Source: Planctomycetota bacterium
GTDB taxonomy: Bacteria > Planctomycetota > B15-G4 > JAXMBY01
Reading direction: 5' to 3'
DNA: 48,797 nucleotides
NCBI GenBank assembly: GCA_046349655.1
Contig: JAXMBY010000051.1
Span: 1-48,797 of the forward strand
Shown here: positions 48,023 to 48,797 of the stretch, one piece after another
Position numbering within the stretch: position 1 is the stretch's first letter
How the letters are laid out: the number at the start of each line of letters is the position of its first letter
The notes under the pieces: generated by a model
Databases searched by the model: none
What the model was told of the DNA's origin: nothing
What the model saw: the letters and a program-made list of their open reading frames with translations, nothing else
Translations under genes and position numbers: made by a program

Positions 48023-48797
48023 TCAGCAGCCGCAGCAGATGGTCGAGTCGAGGCCCTCGGTGGCCGACAGGCCAGACTGGGCGCCCGAGTCGAGGAACAG
48101 ATACTGCGAGAAGAACCGGATGCCGTCGTAGGCGGCGTTGTTGGGGATAGTGCCCTGGATCTCGATGTAGCCGCTGCCCGGCAGCGGCGGGCCGATGGTG
48201 GTGATCGGGATGAGCAGGTGCGGGCCGATGATGTCGACCAGGATCACGGTCGACCCGTAGAAGATCGTCGCCTGCGCGAAGCCGATCGCGAGGAAGCCGC
48301 TCAGGCCGGACTCGGTGTTCTCGCCGCGGATGGTGAAGTCCGAGCTGCCGAGCTTGGGCTGGTTCCTGAAGGTGATGTGCGGGATGAGGCCGTAGCTGCC
48401 GGACGTGCCGGTGCCGTAGTTGACGGGATCCACGCAGTCATTGGGCTTGGGGCACAGCTCGTCGCGCGCCGCCACGAAGTCGGAGTTGTCGACGCGCGTG
48501 CCGAAGTCCGGGCACCCGTCCTGGCAGTGCGTGACCACGGCAACGATCGTGTTGTTCGAGGTCCTGATGAGGCCCGATCCCGAGTTGCCGAAGGTGATGT
48601 CGACGGTGAACGTGTAGTAGGTGCTGAAGCGCGTGTTGATCGAGCCGCCGCCCGAGTTCTGCTGCACCTGCGAGCGGGTGCACTCATCGTCGATGCCAAA
48701 GCCCCACACGTTGGCCGAGTCGCCGGCGTTGGCGGGGGTGGTGGCAATCTCACGATAGGCGCCGTAGCGCTGATAGATGCTCTGGCCGAGGTTGTTG
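48023..48797 (-). CDS. Trypsin-like (S1/Trypsin_2-type) serine protease domain protein with a ~150-aa C-terminal beta domain; 5'-partial (N-terminus beyond window end)
   Basis: Frame open to the window end. Catalytic-Ser region TFGNSGSGLIRTSNNTIVAVVTHC resembles GDSGGP/GNSGSP of S1 peptidases. The C-terminus ends ...GLDSTICCGC followed by TGA. Confidence 0.5.
   Translation of the reverse strand, partial: NNLGQSIYQRYGAYREIATTPANAGDSANVWGFGIDDECTRSQVQQNSGGGSINTRFSTYYTFTVDITFGNSGSGLIRTSNNTIVAVVTHCQDGCPDFGTRVDNSDFVAARDELCPKPNDCVDPVNYGTGTSGSYGLIPHITFRNQPKLGSSDFTIRGENTESGLSGFLAIGFAQATIFYGSTVILVDIIGPHLLIPITTIGPPLPGSGYIEIQGTIPNNAAYDGIRFFSQYLFLDSGAQSGLSATEGLDSTICCGC

Noticed and set aside
47990-48030. 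Cys-rich C-terminal tail ...STICCGC of the trypsin-like protein as a MYXO-CTERM/PEP-CTERM-type sorting signal
   Set aside because: No following hydrophobic helix or basic tail. The ORF stops immediately after the CCGC.
1-48797. CRISPR arrays, IS elements/transposases, integrases, prophage genes, rRNA/tRNA genes
   Set aside because: I found no direct-repeat/spacer periodicity, no DDE/serine/tyrosine recombinase-like ORFs, and no phage structural genes. The window looks like core or accessory chromosomal DNA, not a mobile element.

Overview
48.8-kb, very GC-rich bacterial chromosomal segment. I estimate roughly 68–70% GC by eye, with strong GC3 codon bias. I found no rRNA, tRNA, CRISPR array, transposase or integrase. 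About 35 protein-coding genes are supported.

Secreted beta-propeller proteins:
- Three FG-GAP-type proteins (1–1869, 20758–22347, 39409–40956).
- One SBBP-type beta-propeller protein (15026–17536).

Gene pair of unknown function:
- HEAT-repeat protein (5627–6568) followed by a P-loop NTPase fused to a pentapeptide-repeat domain (6846–8747).

Hydrolases:
- alpha/beta hydrolase (8851–10080).
- amidohydrolase (10518–12539).
- two SGNH/GDSL hydrolases (32957–34126, 43164–44307).
- an S8 subtilisin (42024–43154).
- a 5'-truncated trypsin-like protease (48023–48797).

Other genes:
- Short-chain dehydrogenase (SDR) followed by a DUF1801 gene (13797–14964).
- TerC, an HPF/RaiA-type ribosome-hibernation factor, and a divergent NhaR-like LysR regulator with an AT-rich promoter between them (17919–20368).
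- Flotillin with its NfeD partner (44517–46705).
- ECF sigma factor, a small anti-sigma-like membrane protein, and the S8 protease in one operon (41090–43154).

Glycan-modification island, with three GT-C-type membrane glycosyltransferase-like proteins:
- GT39-like (22352–23998).
- YfhO (24020–26413).
- a third polytopic membrane protein (29797–31149).
- A Wzt-like ABC ATPase with no permease nearby (31744–32985).
- Two B12-binding radical SAM enzymes (34356–35957, 37134–39080) flanking a membrane-anchored hypothetical protein. This cassette is the strongest candidate for an undescribed system.

Frameshifts and gene remnants are unusually dense:
- A ~3.7-kb secreted adhesin/zincin-like gene broken at least 5 times between 3.99 and 4.85 kb.
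- A 3.3-kb block at 26.5–29.8 kb where a GT2, a GNAT/FemAB-like acyltransferase and a SAM methyltransferase are each multiply frameshifted.
- Single frameshifts in the SDR, LysR and ECF sigma genes, plus a truncated AAA ATPase remnant.
- These are either real gene decay or indel errors in the assembly. The sequence alone cannot distinguish them.

Taxonomic guess, by inference only: a Myxococcota-like or similar high-GC soil/sediment lineage.
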